Source: Catajapyx aquilonaris (taxonomy: Eukaryota). Taken from it: a stretch of DNA of 38,943 nucleotides. The notes under the pieces are model-generated. The model searched no databases. It saw only the letters and a program-made list of their open reading frames with translations, and was not told the DNA's origin. Numbering within the stretch: position 1 is the stretch's first letter; each line of letters begins with the position of its first letter. Of this stretch, positions 36,415 to 38,943 are shown piece after piece. The position numbers and the translations under genes were made by a program. Location of the stretch: positions 1-38,943 of the forward strand of contig JYFJ02003670.1 in the NCBI GenBank assembly GCA_000934665.2. Direction: 5' to 3'.

Positions 36415-36795
36415 ATGAACGACGCACGGAAGAAATAAATTGTTTGCCTCTCAGAGTAAGCACATATGTGCTATACCACCGACACGACGAGCAGCACTAG
36501 TGCAGCACCTGAAGAGAGCTGCGTATCAGGCTGTACATATCTGGGCCAGAGCCATTGACATTCAGTCTGAACACCCTACCTCCCCAGATCTGTGGGGGTG
36601 GAAGAAAGACAAAGATGCTTGGATACCAGTCTGGAGTTTGCAACCTGATGTATGGGCCGCTTGTAGATCACTGGACAAGTGCGCCTGTACCACAGGATAG
36701 GAAACTCTGCGCTGCTGCTGCCGCAGGTATCATACCTGCTACCTTGGACTCTGGCCTGCAGGAATTGCAAGGGTGAATGCAGCAATGAAATGTAA
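36415..36795 (+). pseudogene. C-terminal fragment of an Academ (AcademX-like) transposase, with a Cys-rich tail
   Basis: MNDARKK/LFASQ..IPPTRRAALVQHLKRAAYQAVHIW..PDLWGW..WIPVW..CRSLDKCACTTG*..RCCCRR../ACRNCKGECSN. This is the motif series that follows the XPG-like domain in Academ proteins. It contains a stop and frameshifts. Confidence 0.78.
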
Positions 36796-37594
36796 TTTGC
36801 AACTTTTTCCTAATGCAAATGCCAGGACTGATCAATCCTGCATTGCCTTTGAAAACTCATATTTCTCTTCCAGCTGCAGGCGCACGCCGGAGGATGCTGC
36901 AAGTCACGGAGACTTGGAGCATCACATCAACTGAATGGGCATAATTTGGAGGACCAAGACGATTAAGAAACCTACAGGCCATTCTGTCAACATACTGCAG
37001 TGCAGTACCCTTTCTTCAGTAATGACCTCAATGTATAACCCAACCAAATTTTGACAGGGTTTGCGGGTCGTCACGTTCTAATCGTCCCGCCATCACCCAC
37101 CGAAGGGCGGCGTAAACAATTTGGCATGCCTTCTATCGTATTATAGCATTCTCAGGGTGACTCAGCGACCTCAAAAACATAGAAAACGACACCCCACACA
37201 TTGGTATGGGTCACTTCGAAGCATTGGTCCTTTTTGGCCGACATTTAAAAAAATGACCTATATGACGTCACTTCCGTTGCTCAGATGGCATTTTAAACAG
37301 CGTCATCGTATTCAGCGGGTCTGATTCATGCGAAATCGATACCAAGATCACGCATGAGCGATTTTTAAATAATTTTGCACATTTGGGAAGGGGGGGGGGG
37401 GGGNGGGGGGGGGGGGGGGGGGGAATTCTTCCCCCTCTCACCCCACCCCCAATTTTGCGGGTCCTAAGGGATGGAATGAAAGGAACTATGGGCCATATCA
37501 ACCAAATGGGTCTCAGGAACAAGTGTGCAAAGTGGTTTGCTTCATACACATAATGCAGTTTCCTGCTGATATTTTCATCGTACCACGGGCACTA
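36796..37594 (+). mobile_element. Academ-like 3' non-coding end and TIR
   Basis: Sub-terminal motifs (CTCAGCGACCTCAAAAAC..GACACC, GATACCAAGATCA, TGTGCAAAGTGGTTTGCTT). Terminus ..CCACGGGCACTA, consistent with TAG...CTA Academ ends. Confidence 0.6.
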
Positions 37595-37734
37595 ATCGTC
37601 CCGCCATCACCCACCAAAGGGCGGGGTAGATCATTTGGCATGCCTTCCATCGTGATATAGCATTCTCAGGTTGACTCAGTGACCTCAAAAACGTCGAAAA
37701 CGACACCATGCACATTGGTATGGGTCACTTCGAA
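37592..37734 (+). repeat. 143-bp diverged direct repeat of 37078-37220
   Basis: Both copies run from CTAATCGTCCCGCCATCACCCACC to CACATTGGTATGGGTCACTTCGAA. Confidence 0.92.
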
Positions 37735-38611
37735 CGCCCGCCACTTTTTAAAATTATGACCGATTTTTGAAACCCCCCCTACCGCAAAAACCGCGCAAAT
37801 TGTATTCTTGTATAAGACGTGTGATGCCCCGTTTTCCGTCATGATTTGACAACCCAAGAGTCAGGTGGCTAGATGAATCATGGAACGACCCAACTGACTA
37901 CCCAATTTTTAGAATTCCAATAGGGCATACCACGGGGCATACACATTTCTTATCAGTTCACATTTAAATCAACCAATCCGCTGCAGAGGAAGTAGAATAT
38001 AAACCGAGATATCTGATGATACAACCTCTTCTATAAGGCAAAAGGGCGCCCAAAAGGCAAGTATCCGCACCGTGATCGGCACTGACGTGCTGAGGTAAGT
38101 TAAGGAACCTTCGTCAATCTCTATCACATTTGGGATCACTTGCAACTTGCAAGTGATCCTTGCAAGTGATGGTGGTAGGAATACCCCCAGCGTGCTCTAC
38201 TGGTACTTCTCTATTTTTTCAAATCTTATTTTCATATAGTCGTCGACCATACAATCATGGAATCGTACAGTACGTCGGAACAAGGCAGCGTTCATTGTCG
38301 GGCGATGTGGCATGGCATCCGGGCACCGTTGGGGTGATAGTTGATCCGTTGGAGGACGCGGAGCCTGTTGTAGTCCTGCTGGCTGCTGCGGCTGAAGAGA
38401 CTACGGTCAGTAAACACGGTAGCCTAACCTTTGTATAGTTGTCCAGTTGGCATGACTGTGGTTGTCAACTGGCAAGTATTCACTCCCCTCTCCAGCGTTG
38501 AGGAGAACAGACGTCTTGTAAATTATAGCTCAGTCAAGGTCTACTTTATACAAGTCCGATTGAACCCTCCAATTGCTCGTTGTTTTTGCGAGCTTGGTGC
38601 AGCTGTGTGAA

Positions 38612-38943
38612 ATGGCATCTATAACGAAGGAGGACCTGTGCGAAGCACTAAAGTCGTTGAAGGAGGACTTTAAACAAGATTTAGTTAAGTGCATTGAAGA
38701 CCAATCGGAACTCTGGGCAACCAATTTCCGAAAAATTCGGGAGGAACTGGCTGAGGACAGGGCGGCATATAACGCTTTGTTGGAAGAGAACCAGGTGCTA
38801 TACCAAGAAGTTGAGGTGTTGAAGAAGAGGGTTATTGGCCTGGAGGACCAGTCACGCCGATCAAATCTGGTCTTTTTTGGGATTCCAGATGCCCCCAATG
38901 AAGGATGGGACGTATCGGAAAACAAAGTAAGGAAAGTGCTATC
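38612..38943 (+). CDS. LINE ORF1 protein N-terminal part (coiled coil plus start of L1-type RRM), runs off the window; 5' UTR probably from about 38436
   Basis: Open frame from the ATG at 38612: MASITKEDLCEALKSLKEDF..ENQVLYQEVEVLKKRVIGLEDQSRRSNLVFFGIPDAPNEGWDVSENKVRKVL. LEDxSRRxNLxFxGIP is the L1/CR1-type ORF1 motif. Absent from the ORF track because no stop falls inside the window. Confidence 0.88.
   Translation, partial: MASITKEDLCEALKSLKEDFKQDLVKCIEDQSELWATNFRKIREELAEDRAAYNALLEENQVLYQEVEVLKKRVIGLEDQSRRSNLVFFGIPDAPNEGWDVSENKVRKVL

Noticed and set aside
37387..37425. G-quadruplex or poly-Pro signal
   Set aside because: It is a poly-G run containing an N, so its length is unreliable, and it lies inside a TE end.
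38530..38925. 131-aa minus-strand ORF
   Set aside because: It is the antisense shadow of LINE ORF1.

Overview
Eukaryotic, repeat-dominated DNA. It is probably arthropod, judging from the U6 snRNA variant (GCAAAATCG...CCACATTTTT). I can recognise no intact host gene. Right half (about 17.4-38.9 kb): a nest of transposon remnants. These include a frameshifted piggyBac (PGBD4-like) transposase with its right end, a Sola1-like DDD transposase fragment with an intron, an Academ-like C-terminal fragment with its 3' end, a mariner fold-back, an isolated open FLYWCH exon, the 5' part of a LINE (ORF1), tRNA-derived SINEs, several MITEs, a probable solo LTR, a U6 pseudogene lacking most of the ISL and a tiny second U6 fragment. 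Left half (about 1.2-20.9 kb): decayed coding-like sequence that I cannot assign to a known family. A roughly 3.3-kb unit is tandemly triplicated on the minus strand (7.2-17.3 kb), and what looks like a distant paralogue sits on the plus strand (2.9-4.0 kb). The two blocks converge on a GC-rich junction at 6.7-7.1 kb. This unidentified array is the best candidate for something undescribed, for example an old endogenous DNA virus or giant transposon. All family assignments come from motif recognition by eye; no searches were run.
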